DNA of 64,000 nucleotides from Adineta vaga (taxonomy: Eukaryota; Animalia; Rotifera): contig CP075497.1 in the NCBI GenBank assembly GCA_021613535.1, forward strand, positions 8,221,488 to 8,285,487. The letters are read 5' to 3'. This document shows positions 49,576-63,293 of the stretch, piece by piece. Each line of letters opens with the position of its first letter. Position 1 is the first letter of the stretch. Under the pieces are notes generated by a model that worked only from the letters and a program-made list of their open reading frames with translations, searched no databases and was not told where the DNA came from. The position numbers were made by a program, and so were the translations under genes.

Positions 49576-52500
49576 ACTCAATCAATTCGTTCTCGACGAC
49601 AACAATCCGCTCAACCACCATCACGTTTAACAATACATTTTAATGAATCTTATATTGGTGCTATATCTCAAATAAAATATTGTCGAAAACAAACATCTAA
49701 AGATCATCTTGAACAAACATTTCAATTTCCAACGAAATATGAAACATTCCTACGTGAACGTTTACAAATCAATGATCAAGGACAATTATCTGTTTTACGT
49801 CCATTTGATTATGAAACATTTCAAACAGTTACATTTCAATTTCGTTGTTTAATCTTAGAACAACAAAATGGTGGAATGAATTTAACACGTGTCAATAAAA
49901 CAGAAGATATTCAACTCATCATTGATGATATCAATGATGAAGTACCACGTTGGATTATGGATGAACCATTTCAATATGGAACATATTTTGGTTATGTAGA
50001 AAAAAGTGCACGACCTGAAACACCTGTTTTTCGTTTTAAAGCATTTGATCCTGATACAACATCGAAATTAACCTATGAAATTGTTCAAGGAGATAAGAAT
50101 CTTTTTCATCTATCATCAGATGGAACATTAACAACAAATTCAAATCAACAATTAGTTTTTCCTATGTATAATTTAACTGTTCGTGCAATAGATTTAAATT
50201 CTCAAGTTTCATCAATGTCTCGTTCAAATCAAGCTCATCTTTTAATTCGTACTGATCGTTTTGATCCAAAATTTTTCCAACAAAAATATATCTTTAATGT
50301 TAGTGAATATACTCAACCATCGACTGTCATTGGAACAATTCGAGCAAAATCTTATTCAACCACAAGTGATAATCTAAGATATTTCTTACAACAACCAATT
50401 ACAGGTGGTACACAAACAATTCTTCAATCCGGAACAATTAGTAGTGGTGGTGGTGGTGATATGTATGAATTTAAAATTGATGAAACTGAAGGTTCAATTA
50501 AAATCTTAAAAATGCTCAGATATTCCGATCAACATAATAATAATACAAAATATTTTACAGGTAAATAAGGTTGAAAATGATGAATGAGATATCAAAGGAT
50601 AGAAAGAAAGATAGAATATAACATGATTGATGATGAATCTTATCAGTTGTTATTAATCTTGCGACGAAGTTTATCAATGTTCAGATACGTTGATTTCTAT
50701 TCAAACGAAAATTACCTGTCAGTCTATAATGAAAAGAATTATACTTGAGATGCAGAATCATTCATAACAGATGATTAAATACATGAAAATATATTCATTA
50801 CTGAATATTTTTGAGTTGATCAAGTTCATTGTATATCGTTGATTCGAAATGAAGCCAATATATCTGGAATAAATTTAATTACAACTAATAACTGATTTTT
50901 TCCTTGTGCATTTCAGGTGTTGTGAAAGAATTAAGTGGTTGGCAATTGCAATCTCATGTTGATATTGAAATTCATGTAATTGATATCAATGATAAAATTC
51001 CTACATTTAAACAAACGTATTATACGCCTCAAATTTCTGAAGATTATCCATTGAATACACCAATTATAAATTTTACTGTTACTGATGATGATGCACGTTA
51101 TACTCCAAATTCTAATATTACTCTTGATTTAATTGATCCATATGGAAAATTTGCGATATTCAATGATACACGTGTGTCAACATCAAATAATATTCAAGCA
51201 TATCTTATTGCTAAAGAACGTTTGGATTATGAATCTTTATCTCCATTAGATCGACAATATAAATTGAAAATAATTGCACGTGATCATGGACATCCACAAC
51301 CATTACAATCGGAAGCACAGATTTATATCACTATAACTGATGTTAATGATGAAGTAAGGAATTTAGTTAGAAAATTTATTTCCTAATTCGTACTTTTATT
51401 ATTTTATTTAGCCACCTGTTTTCAAAGAAAATCCAGTACAAAAAACAATTGCAGAAAATACTCAACGAGGAACATTTGGTAAAAATAGCTCATTAAATTT
51501 TTTCGTACGGAAATTTAGAAAAAAAATGAATTTGATTTTTTAGTGGTTTTTGTTAATGTTGTTGACCCAGAATACAATGATTCGGTTACTGTACACTTTT
51601 TACCAACATCGGAATATAATCCATTTCGAATTATTACAAGTCCTGGTGGTGGAAGAGTTGTTCTTGAACAAGCACTTCTACCGGATAAAGAACTTTATAA
51701 TTTAACTATTCAAGCATCGGATCGACTTGGACATACGTCTCAAGCACAACTTTTAATTACTATCTATGATGTTAATGATCATACAGTAAGCAGAGTATTT
51801 TTATATTTTGTTTCAATTTGAAAGCGTTTGTGTGTGTGTGTGTTCTTCTTTAGCCACGTATTGAACAATGTGAACAAGGAATAATTACAGCTTCGATTCG
51901 TGAAAATGCAACAATGAACACTCAAATTATAAAGATCAATGCGACAGATGAAGATCGTGGTTTAAATGGTGAAATTCAATTTTCATTAAAAGGAACAAAT
52001 GATCCTCAACAAGATTCCGATATGTTTTCAATTGATGCTGATACAGGAATGGTATCAAATAAAAAGAAATTAAAACATTTAAAATCAGGTTTTAGTGAAT
52101 ATACGATGACAATATTTGCACAAGATAAAGATCCATCAAATTCACGTTCAACACATTGTATTTTGAAAATAACTGTAGAAGATATCAATGATCAGTAAGT
52201 CGATTCACATTTTGAAAGAATAAAATTAACCAATTTATGTACTCTTTTAGTTATCCTTTAATCACATCACCAGCTCGTGATAATGATTTAATATCAATTA
52301 AAATGGAAAAACGTGTTAATTTCAATTATCCCGTTCTTGTCGTTCGTGCTAAAGATGAAGATAGTGGAAAAAATGCTCTTCTACACTTCTCACTCAAATC
52401 TCGTGATGATTGTTCGAATGGTATTGAATATTTCGTTATTGATCCTCAATCTGGCGTTATATCCACACGTTCATCGAATGTAAATAATCCAATTAATTTA

Positions 52501-55500
52501 CAACTTAAATATTGTCTTGTTGTACAAGTATGCGATTCACCTGATGATGGACCTCCAAAATGTTCCGAACGTAAAATTCAATTTCAATTGTCACAAGATG
52601 GTTTTGAACCACCCATATGGGCGCCTGAAACTGCGTTAACATTTCAACGTGTGATGAAAGTTGTTGAATTAGCTCAACAAAATATTGTTATTGATACATT
52701 TAAAGCATCTATCGCAAATGATTCAACAAAAAAAGTTATCTTCGAAATGGAACCATTTAATTGGACATGTTCAAATGCAGCATCAGCAAGTGAAAAACCT
52801 CGTATACCATTTTTATTAACACCAGATGAAAATGGACGAAATATTGCACGATTAGTTATCTATCAACCTATTGATGCTGATCCACCCACAGGTTGTACAC
52901 GATATCAGTTTAAGATTCGTGCCAAAAATGCAGCAATGGAAGCTTTATCATTAGAAAGTATCTATGAAATTGAAATCGTCGATTCAAATGATAATATTCC
53001 AATGTTCAATGTTAGTTCATATCGTGCACAAATATATGAAAATGAAGTCAAAGATAATCTATTACGTGTACAAGCTGAAGATAAAGACATTGATCCTAAA
53101 AATCGTAATACAACTTATTTTATTCGATGTCCTAATGATGGTATGAATTCTATTTGTTTTTAAAATATACAAATAAATTTTACTACATTGTCTCTTCTTC
53201 TAGGTAATCAACAAAATCTTCAATATCATTACAATAGTCCATTGTCCAATTCTTTATCATGTCAAGGAATTGTTTCGATTGATCCTGAAACAGGTTGGAT
53301 CAGTGTTCAACGACAATTTGATTATGATAATCCATCGGATCGTCGTTTTGTCTTTGATGTTTTTGCGAAAAATATTCTTCCATCAGATCGATGTAGTGGA
53401 CAAAACACGAAAGAATCTCAAGCACAATCATCTTCTCTATCATCTGGAGCTGATGCTAATCCAACCATTCAAATATGTGTTACAGAACATCGTGTACCCG
53501 TTATTATCGAAGTACTCGATAGAAATGATAATGCGGTAAGAAGTTTTTTCATTTAACCTTCATACGAATTAAATTACGAATTTCATTTTGTTTTCTTCTT
53601 TAGCCACAATTCAATAATTTACCTTATTTTACAAAAGTAATGGAAGATGCTGAACCAGGAACGACAATCTTTCATTTGAATGTTAGTGATGTTGATACTG
53701 ACGATATTTTAACATTTTCTATTGTTAATGAACAAGAAGCAAGCGCATTTGCAGTGAAAGAAAATACGGGTGAAGTGTATCTTGCTTCTGCTCTTGATTA
53801 TGAACGTGTTCAACAACATAGTGTAGAAGTTCAAGTTAGTGATTCAAATAATGAACATCGTGCTAGAACAATCCTAACAGTTATCGTCGAAGATGCTAAT
53901 GATAATCCACCACGTTTTCTGAATTTACCGAAGGAAATTGTTGTGGAGGAAGGTCGACAAACACTTGATTATGATCAGTTAATATTACGTCAACCAGCAC
54001 GAATCAAACGTGATACTCAAATGAATAAGAAACAAAAAGATTCGAATAAAAAACGGATTTCAACATCAACAAAATATCCTGATGAAGATTCCGATAGCTA
54101 TTCTTCTTCTCAACCCTATACATCCCGTATTATATATCGAGTTGAAGCAATCGATCCTGATTTTGGTCGTCCATTAAAATTGCCTATTCGATATACCTTA
54201 ACTTCATCGAATCCTTTATATACGCAATTCTTTGAAATTCATCCATTAAATGGAACGATTCATTTGAAAAAAGAATTAGATCGTGATCCACCCAATGGTT
54301 TTGATGAATGGTTATTAACTATTATTGCAGCAGATGAAGATGGTAGAGAAGATATGGGTTCAAAGAAAAATGCATCATGGTTAAAAATCATTGTTAAAGA
54401 TATCAATGATTTAGCTCGTAAGTTTCATTTCTTCTCATTTCTTATCATATACGTATTTCTTCTTCTAGCAATGTTTATTGACGTTGATCCAATTGGACAT
54501 ATACCTGAAAATGCACGAGCAGGTACACGTGTTGAAGGTTTAAGAATTAAAGCTACTGATTATGATAAATTATCTGAAAATACAACACGATATGCATTAA
54601 CATTGAATACGAAATCAATCGATGGTTCGGATGTTTTTCGTATTGATGAAATTACTGCAGATATTTATCTGAATGTTGATAATTATCTGGATAGAGAAAA
54701 AACTCCTCATCATAATCTATCAGTTATTGCAAGGGATTCAGGTGATCAATCTGGAAATTTGCAATCAAAAGAATTGAAAATTACGATTATTATTGATGAT
54801 GTTAATGATATGCCGGTAAGAATTTTTATTTTTGAATGAGAATATTATTCTATAGTTGTTGTTGTTGTTTCTAGCCACGATTCAAACCATCAAATCAACA
54901 AGCACAGATATCGGAAACAGCACAACGAGGCGATTTTGTTACTGAAGTTCGAGCAGAAGATGATGACGTGGGAGTAAATACACATTCTTTATATGAAATT
55001 ATTGAAGAATGTCAATTAACCAATGATCAAATGATACATTGTTCACGACCAAGATATTTCATTTTTAAAGAAACAGCATTAGCTGAAAAGGGTACAATTA
55101 TTCTCCTCGAACCAGTTAATTATGATCCACCTGATAATCAAGTAAAATTTCTCTTAAAAATCAAAGCAACAAATGGTGGCATGTCAGATTATGCCAATGT
55201 CACAGTATTTATCACTGATGCTAATGATAATGTTCCAGGTTAGTTTTAAGAATGATTATTTAAACTTTAATATAACTTTTCTTTTTCCTTTGCTTAGTCT
55301 TTTCTCAATCGGTTTATTTTGCTAATATTAGTGAAAATACACCATTGGAAAAAGAAATTCTTCGTGTACAAGCTACTGATAATGATGTCAGTCCAATAAA
55401 TAAAGAATTTATTTATCGTATTCCACCAGATCGTTCTCAATATGAAAATCGTCAACATTTACGTATTGATGCAATCAATGGTCGAATATATTTAAAGAAA

Positions 55501-58500
55501 AATTTCGATCGTGAAAAATCGTCAACAATCAGTTTACCTATCGAAGCTGTTAATAATCAAAGTTCGAATCCATTAGTTGGTCGTGCTGTTTTAGTCATTA
55601 ATGTACTCGATGTGAATGATAATCCTCCACGATTTGCTGAAAACTATTCTCCACGTGTACGTGAACATAAAAGCGGTGGAAAGATTTTCGAATTTGAAAT
55701 CAATGATCCTGATGATTCGAATAGTGGAAGAAATAAATTTCAAATGAAACTTGGTTAGTATTGTAGAGATTAGATTGAAGAGTATTTGACAAGTAAATGA
55801 ATTTTTTTATTATAAATTTTAGGTAAAAATAATGTTTGGCCTGAACAAGGTGATCCAAAATTTCGTCTGGATATTCAATATAGTGCTGATGGTAGACCAC
55901 GTGGTACTCTCAGTAGTTTACGTGAACTTGATCGAGAAGAACTTTGTCCGAAAGATGAACAATATAAAAATCAACGTTATTGTGGCAAATATTATGATTT
56001 GCCCATTTGGATGTCAGATGGTGAACAATCAGGCATTAATCATCTTCGCGTTCTTGTTGAAGATATTAATGATAATCCATTCAATAGTGGCTATAAATCT
56101 ATTGATATTTATGATTATAAACATATTCTAAGTAAATTATTATCAACATCAAATATATATCTTGGTACTGTGTATACTGATGATGAAGATGATTGGGATT
56201 TACATAATAAAGTTTTTGAACTTCAACCATCTGATGATAACAATTTCCTACATGTTGATAAAAATCTACAAACATCACGAACACCTGGTGCAATCTACTT
56301 AACTACCCAAAACAATAATGCAACAATCAAACATAGTAAGTTCAAATCTTACTTATCTTCTAATTCACATTCGATGTTTCTTATTTTCTAGATACTCCAT
56401 ATAAATATGATATTATCGTTCGCGATACACATCCACAATGGTTAAATCGAGATCCTCAAACATCTTATATTGAATTTCGTTTATATGAATTACCATCTGA
56501 TGTATTAGATAATGCTGCATCGATTCGTCTTCAAGATATAACAGCTGAAGAGTTTATTGAAACACGTCATCGAGATGAATCGTTCTTGGCAATTTTCAAA
56601 CGTTTAATCTTAGAAATCAATTCTCAAGCACGTCAAATAGAAGTTTTTTCAATACAAAATCATGAAACTTTAGTTCGTACAATCGATGTTTACTATGCAT
56701 TACATGGTAGTGGCTATCTATCGAAAGTAAAAATCAATGGTCTTGTTGAAATTTCACGTTCAAAATTAGAGAAATATTTCAATATAAGTCAGATAGGTAT
56801 CGATGAATGTTTAAATGCTGATCAACAATGTTTTACAATTGGTTGTTTGAATCAAATTGAAATTCAATCAAAACAACCCTATTTAATCAATGCCAATCAA
56901 ACTTCATTTGTTGGTTTAAATCTTAAAACAGTTGCCAAATGTGCTTGTGATACAGATGTTCATATTCAACAAGAAAAACAAAGAGAATTATTAAAAACAC
57001 AGAAATATTGTTTAAACGGTGGATATCCAACAAGAGATAATCATCATATCAAATGTGTTTGTCCTGATCATTCATTGTATAATGGTGGTGATCGTTGTCA
57101 ACTAACAAGTATTTCATTTGATGGTAAGTAAAGCAATGTTTTTCAATGAATAAAATCAAAACGTTCTCATTCATTCTTTCCGTAGGAAATGGTTATGGTT
57201 GGTATAAACCATTAACAACATGTGATACATGGATGTTATCTATTGAATTTTTAACTCAAGCATCGAATGGTTCAATCTTATATAATGGACCTTTGAATAA
57301 ACGAATACAATCGGAAGATTTCTTTGCAATACAATTATTAAATGGTCGTCTTTTAATTGATTTAAATTTTGGTAATGGAGCAAGTATTCGTCGACATTTG
57401 AAAACAAGTATAAATCTTGCTGATGGTAAATGGCATACAATTGAAATACGACAAATTAGTACTATTGATCATATTTTGGAAATTCTAATTGATTATTGTC
57501 CAATAACAAGTACATCGAAACAACTTAGTGAATGTCGATTCATGATTGAATTCAACGAAGATGATGTTTTTAGTAGCAATCAACCTTTACAGTTAGGTGG
57601 TATTGCTCTACAAGAAAAACAAAATCATCAACAACAATTACCAATGGAATATATGGGCAATTTTAAAGGTAAATATTGATTATTATAAATAAATAAGAAC
57701 AAAATTCTATTTCAACTTATTATTTAGGTTGTATTCGAAATCTTCGTTTTGCTGATGAATTATATGATCTTCATGTCGATTTACACAGTGGTCAATCAGT
57801 TAATCTACATGAAGGTTGTCTTCTAACTGATTTAAAATGTCAAAAACTTTCTTGTCAATCTAATAATGGTATTTGTGATGCTGATCTTTATCAAGCTCAA
57901 TGTGTTTGTAAATCTGGTCGAACAGGTTCCACATGTTCTCAAGACACGACTGCATATGACTTTACTTATGATAAACAAACTTGGACAGGTGATCGTGCAT
58001 CCTATGCTACATTTCGTCATCAACATAAACCTGATAATGATTTAACATATTCATCACAAATATTAAAATTTCAAATCATGTTTCGTACACGTGAAACATC
58101 GGATAATATCTTAACATTAATAGATTTTCATAATGATGATACATTCATGTTTTTGGAAATTAAATCAGGACATTTACAAGCACGATTTGGTTCGAAATCA
58201 GATACGCAATCAATTGATTTAAAACATGTTTCAGTTAATGATGGACGATGGCATACAGCTTATCTTAATCGTTATGGTCAACGATTATTCTTACGACTTG
58301 ATGATGGAGAATATTATCGATCGAATATGAGTTATGGAAAATCAATATGGAAACATTTTCCAAATACTCTATTAAATGTTGGTGCTCGAATTGATTCGGT
58401 AAGAATGATTTTTCTCTCGTGTAGAACTATAACGATTTTAATCAATTTTTTTAGGCTGTTCATAAAATTGTTACTGCCGATTTTAATGAGGGTTGTATTA

Positions 58501-59573
58501 TGGATGTTCGTTTCAATGGTCAAGTTCTTGATTTATTAAATGGTTCATCATCATCAGATATGAAATGGACATTTCAATCAAATATTAAAGAAGGTTGTGA
58601 TAATCTCGATAATTGGTGTCGTGGTGTTCAATGTCGTTCACCAGCATTTTGTGTCAATACATGGAGATATGGTCAATGTCAATGTACAGATGCATATAGA
58701 TATAATCCTGCAAATGAAACGTGTATTTTATATGATTGGTGTTCTGATATAACAAATCCATGTCATATGCCAGGTACAAAAAATTGTTTATATGAAGCTC
58801 GTGAAGATTCAATTAAATGTGAATGTAAATCACGTTGGCAAGGTGACCGTTGTACAATTAAAGCAATGCCATTAGCAGGAACATTTAATTGGCATATAAT
58901 TGCATCAACAATTTTCTGTCTAATAGTTATTTTACTTCTTGTTCTATTACTTGTTTTATTTACACGACAACGACAGTCGAAAAAGGCTTATATACTCGGT
59001 ATGGATGATGAAATTCGAGATAATATTATAAATTATGATGAAGAAGGTTGTCCAGATGAAGATCCAGTTACTTATGATATATCAACATTGAAAAAACCTG
59101 TTTTTACAGCAAATGGAAATACGAATACGAATCGAAATGGTCGACAAAATTCTGAATCGGAAAGTAAACCATTACTAAAAACTGCTTTAGATGGAAATAA
59201 TCAAACAGATTCATCGAAAAAGAACGTAATTCGAAAAGATATGCCACCTGTACCAGCACCAAAACCTGTTCTAAATAAAAATCAAATGAATGGTTTAAGT
59301 AATGGTATTAACGTTGGAGAATTTATTAAAGGTCGAATACGTGATATTGACGACGATCCATCTCAACCGCCATATGATAGTTTACAAGAATATGCCTATG
59401 AAGGTGAACCATTAGCAAGAAATGATGAATGTTCATTATCAACATTGACGATTACTTCGAAAGATCAGAGTGAAATCGATAAAGAATTTGAACTTGAATA
59501 TTTAAAAAACATGGGACCGAAATTTCAAAATATTGCTAAACTTTATGCTGGCAATGGAGAAAAAGAATCTTAA
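49576..59573 (+). CDS. Classical cadherin of the invertebrate type-III architecture: multiple extracellular cadherin repeats, EGF-like and laminin-G modules, a single TM and a catenin-binding cytoplasmic tail
   Basis: Sixteen exons with mini-introns of 50-345 bp: 49576-50560, 50917-51353, 51412-51478, 51544-51785, 51854-52194, 52251-53140, 53204-53535, 53604-54417, 54469-54815, 54875-55238, 55298-55753, 55823-56335, 56392-57142, 57186-57668, 57728-58398 and 58453-59573. The prodomain ends at a furin site RSRR. At least 12 EC repeats are bounded by DxNDNxP-type linkers (DINDEVPRW, DVNDE, YDVNDHT, DSNDNIPMF, DRNDNA, DANDNPPRF, DINDLA, DVNDMP, DANDNVP, DVNDNPPRF, DINDNPF) with internal DxD/DxE Ca-binding motifs. 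The membrane-proximal region has Cys-rich EGF and LamG modules, a TM segment IIASTIFCLIVILLLVLLLVLF, and the tail ...YDSLQEYAYEGEPLARNDECSLSTLTITSKDQSEIDKEFELEYLKNMGPKFQNIAKLYAG. This tail matches the beta-catenin-binding consensus of classical cadherins. Confidence 0.9.
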
Positions 59574-60082
59574 TAAAAGACAATAAATAAATCTTTGTAA
59601 TATACTGATAAAAACACAGTATTCGAACAGGTCCCATGTTTTCTATTTTTCTAATTATTGTCATTTGTATAGTCAATTTGTCATCATTCATTGTTTGTTT
59701 GTTTTGTCAACGTTTTCCTTTTTCTTTCTGTTTACTGTCAGATACATATTAGATGTAGTCTGTGACGTTTTTTTTAAAATTATAATATTGTTGTTGTTGT
59801 TGGTTTTTTCTTCTCTTTTTCGACTCTATTCGCATTCATAATAAATTTTGACCCGACAAACAACTTTACTATTGTTACATAAAACAAGATCACTTTTGTC
59901 AATTTGAATCTAAAGACCAAGATTAAAAAAATCTTATGATTATATAAGATTTGTTTTTCCTTTGTGTAGCTCTTTTAGCATTGATGATTCGAAGGACTTA
60001 TTCGAATATAAAAGGTAACATCATACGATAGATTAAAAACATGAGATAAAAGAAAACAGATCTTCAATTTCATTTCAAATCA

Positions 60083-61862
60083 ATGTCTAGTGAAATTTCC
60101 TTGGAGAATATTCTTCATCGATGTGATGATTTAGGTCGTTTTCAACTAATTCATTATATTTTCTTGAATCTAATAACACTTGGTAGTGGAATAACAACAT
60201 ACTACTATGTGTTTGGTGTTGCTGAACCATCGTATCGTTGTCGATTACCAGAAAAGATTTGGTCATATGAAGATCAGTATCAACCATTGAATCTTACACA
60301 TCGATATTTGATTAATCAATGGCAACATTCATCAAAGTGTCTTGATTTCAATGAAACTATGTGTACAAATTTTATATATGATCGAAGTATATTTGGTCGA
60401 ACATTTACAGAAGAAGGAGATTTTGTGTGTGAAAATGCTTTGAAAAAAACTTGGCTTTCAACAATGTATCAAGTCGGTGGGTAAGTTCAAACTAGTTTAT
60501 CATTTCGTCTAATCCCATGATTTCTATATAGATTTGTTGTTTTATTGAGTGGATATATTAGTGATAAAGTTGGACGACAAAAAATGATTCGAATATTAAC
60601 TCTCATTTTGTTTATAATTCCACTTTCAACACTGCTATTACTTCAAAATGTTCATATGGATATAAACACCAAGTAAACACATATTATCTGAATCTCTTCT
60701 CTATTTTTTATAAAATTTTGATCAACTTATACGTATCACTATGTTCTTTAGATTTATTCTTCTTTCGATTAATCAATTATTTTCAAGTATTGATGCATAT
60801 CCAATGGTTTTTCTTCTTCTTATGGAATTAACATCTTCATCTCATACAAGTCTTGCTGGTAATTCAGCTCTCATTGGATTTACTATTGGTGAAATAATCA
60901 TTACTTTATTTGCTTATATTGCTCGTGATTGGTTGCGACTTAAATGGATAATAACTGGTTATTTTGCACTTATTTTACCATATCTATATTTCGTACCTGA
61001 ATCACCCTATTGGTTATATACGAAAAAGAAATACAATCAACTTGAAGTATGTCTAAGAAGAATAGCTCAAATGAATGGTCGTTCTGAAAAGGATTGGTAT
61101 CCATATTATCGACAATTAATATGTGATCCTCGTCTAGCTATTTTAAGTACAAAACATGCATCACGAACCAACAAAGATATTATGATTCAACATTTACCAC
61201 GACTAAGTCGATGTGCATTTATTGGTTTTGTAACAATGCTTTTATATATTAAAATCTCATATGGTCTTGGTGCAATGTCTGATGTTGTTAGTCCATATTG
61301 GAATATTATTATCGGAGCAATTGTTGAAGGTATTGGTTATATATCTGCAAGTATATTAATAACAACTAAATTAGGTCGAAAAAATTCATTAATCATTTTT
61401 TCTTTATTAACCTGTTTATGTGTATTGATTATTCCATTTCTAATGGGATCCTATCCAATGGCAACAATGATCATCTCACAAATAGGTAAACTTACAATAA
61501 GTGGTGCAGTTTCAATAACATGGATTTTTGTTCCGGAAATATTTTCGACATCAATGCGTGGAATTGCTAATGGTGTCTTTGTATTTGCTGGACGTCTAGG
61601 TGCCATTGCAGCACCTATTGTTGATGTAGTTCTTGGTGAACAATATATTAAAATTACATTTTTTGTGTATTCGGCTTTAACGATAATTCAAGTTTTCTTC
61701 ATTCATTTCTTACCGGAAACTCGCAATCATTCGTTTCATACAGATGAAGATGAAGAAAAGGATATAGACAATTATGCTGAACTATCGAATGAAACTATAA
61801 ATCGATCAGTACCGATGCAAATGAGAATGAATATAAATGGTGTTTTTCATACGAAATTTTGA
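60083..61862 (+). CDS. SLC22-family (organic cation/anion transporter-like) major facilitator superfamily transporter
   Basis: Three exons at 60083-60480, 60532-60671 and 60752-61862. The large first extracellular loop has conserved Cys residues (YRCRLP...CLDFNETMCTNF...FVCEN). The spliced product contains WLSTMYQVGGFVVLLSGYISDKVGRQKMIRIL (the MFS and SLC22 signature G-x-x-x-D-[RK]-x-G-R-[RK]), ESPYWL (ESPRWL motif) and LPET. Confidence 0.8.
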
Positions 61863-62403
61863 GTAGATATTCACATTTAATTTAATTTTTTTTCAAATTG
61901 TAATTTTTAGCAAATAGATGTATCAGATAGTAATAGAAATGATCTGTATGATTTCGTTTTTGATCAACAACGGTTAAAATATAGATGTTGAAAATCTCAT
62001 AAAACTAAGACAAGAAGCGATCCACATGAAAGCATGGTGAGTATTCTTAAGATATTAAAACAAATCATTGATTTTTCTAACCGTAAAAAAAACATTTTTG
62101 TTTGTTGCACTTTTACAACCTTGAGATCTATTGAAAAAAAAATTACCAATTGTCATCAACAATACAACTCATTAATTAATGAGATGTGTCATTTATTTTT
62201 TCTTTCGTTAATAATTCTTCTGCACATGATCGACATGTACGTAGACACATGTGAGAGCATACAGCGAGGACAAGGTGATGACACAGTCGTTTTCTACATT
62301 GATGATATCTTTTCTTTTTCTTTCGTTATTTTATTTGTATATACGATATAATGTTCTATACAATTTTTTTTATGCATCGACATTTTTCTTTTCTCGATGT
62401 GCT

Positions 62404-62426
62404 AATATATATATATATATATATAC
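62404..62426. repeat. (AT)n microsatellite about 150 bp upstream of the sHSP start
   Basis: An ATATATATATATATATATATATA run. Confidence 0.85.
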
Positions 62427-62570
62427 ATATATGCATCATCACTTTCTGTTCTTTTTTCTTTTTGATCATCACAGGTAAAAGGTCTATTCTCATTGCAATA
62501 CATAGTAGTAACTTACATTGTGAAATATTTTATCGATTGCGTCATATATTTATGATTGAAAGAAGTTAAG

Positions 62571-63293
62571 ATGATGCCCTTCTTATATCCTTCACAAGCA
62601 ACAGCATTTCCAGTCTTAGTTATAGCCAGTCAATCTCATGCTGAGGATGATGAAGAAGATAATGATCATGATGAGGAGGAGGATGATGATCTTACAGATG
62701 AGTATTTATCATCATCAGCAACAATGTTCTCCAGAACTTTGCCAATTCCAATGACAGCTTTGTCACATTTTACTCATGAAGATGATTATTTACCTTCAAC
62801 CATAATCAATCCTAATGATGATCCAAGAACTTATCTTTTACGTATGCATGTCGATGGTTTTCAACCAAATGAACTAAATGTTTCAATTCGACATGGTCGA
62901 CTGATTGTTCGTGGTAAACATATTGTATGTGTTCCATCTCATTCAACTTTTCCATTAACAACAAATGCTATGATTAATGAAAATGATGATATAGAACCTG
63001 ATTTTGTTGCTAAAGAATTTAAACGTACATTTACTATTCCACCAAATGCAGATATTCGAAAAGCGCATGCACAATTCTATCCTCAACAACAATTACTTGT
63101 TATTGAAATACCATTTCAAGATTCTACAGATTCATCTCAAACAAGAATTCAACGATCACGTATTCGTGCTATAGATGTCTTTTTAATGATAGTAACTATT
63201 TTATTAATGGAACGAGCATTACGTATAACGTATCAACAATTTATGCTTAACGAACAACAATTATCGATTAGATCTAGTCAATCAACAATTTGA
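62571..63293 (+). CDS. Small heat-shock protein (alpha-crystallin / Hsp20 domain) with an acidic N-terminal region and a hydrophobic C-terminal tail
   Basis: Single exon. The alpha-crystallin domain is TYLLRMHVDGFQPNELNVSIRHGRLIVRGKH ... EFKRTFTIPPNADIRKAHAQFYPQQQLLVIEIP. An Asp/Glu run (AEDDEEDNDHDEEEDDD) precedes it. The C-terminal segment VFLMIVTILLM is TM-like. Confidence 0.75.
   Translation: MMPFLYPSQATAFPVLVIASQSHAEDDEEDNDHDEEEDDDLTDEYLSSSATMFSRTLPIPMTALSHFTHEDDYLPSTIINPNDDPRTYLLRMHVDGFQPNELNVSIRHGRLIVRGKHIVCVPSHSTFPLTTNAMINENDDIEPDFVAKEFKRTFTIPPNADIRKAHAQFYPQQQLLVIEIPFQDSTDSSQTRIQRSRIRAIDVFLMIVTILLMERALRITYQQFMLNEQQLSIRSSQSTI

Noticed and set aside
52964-53146. Alternate-frame and antisense ORFs inside cadherin exons (also 53270-53539, 52006-52188, 55700-55900, 56099-56293, 57240-57440, 57832-58026, 58332-58523)
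   Set aside because: They are all nested in the cadherin reading frame and reflect AT-rich codon composition. None has splice or start support.
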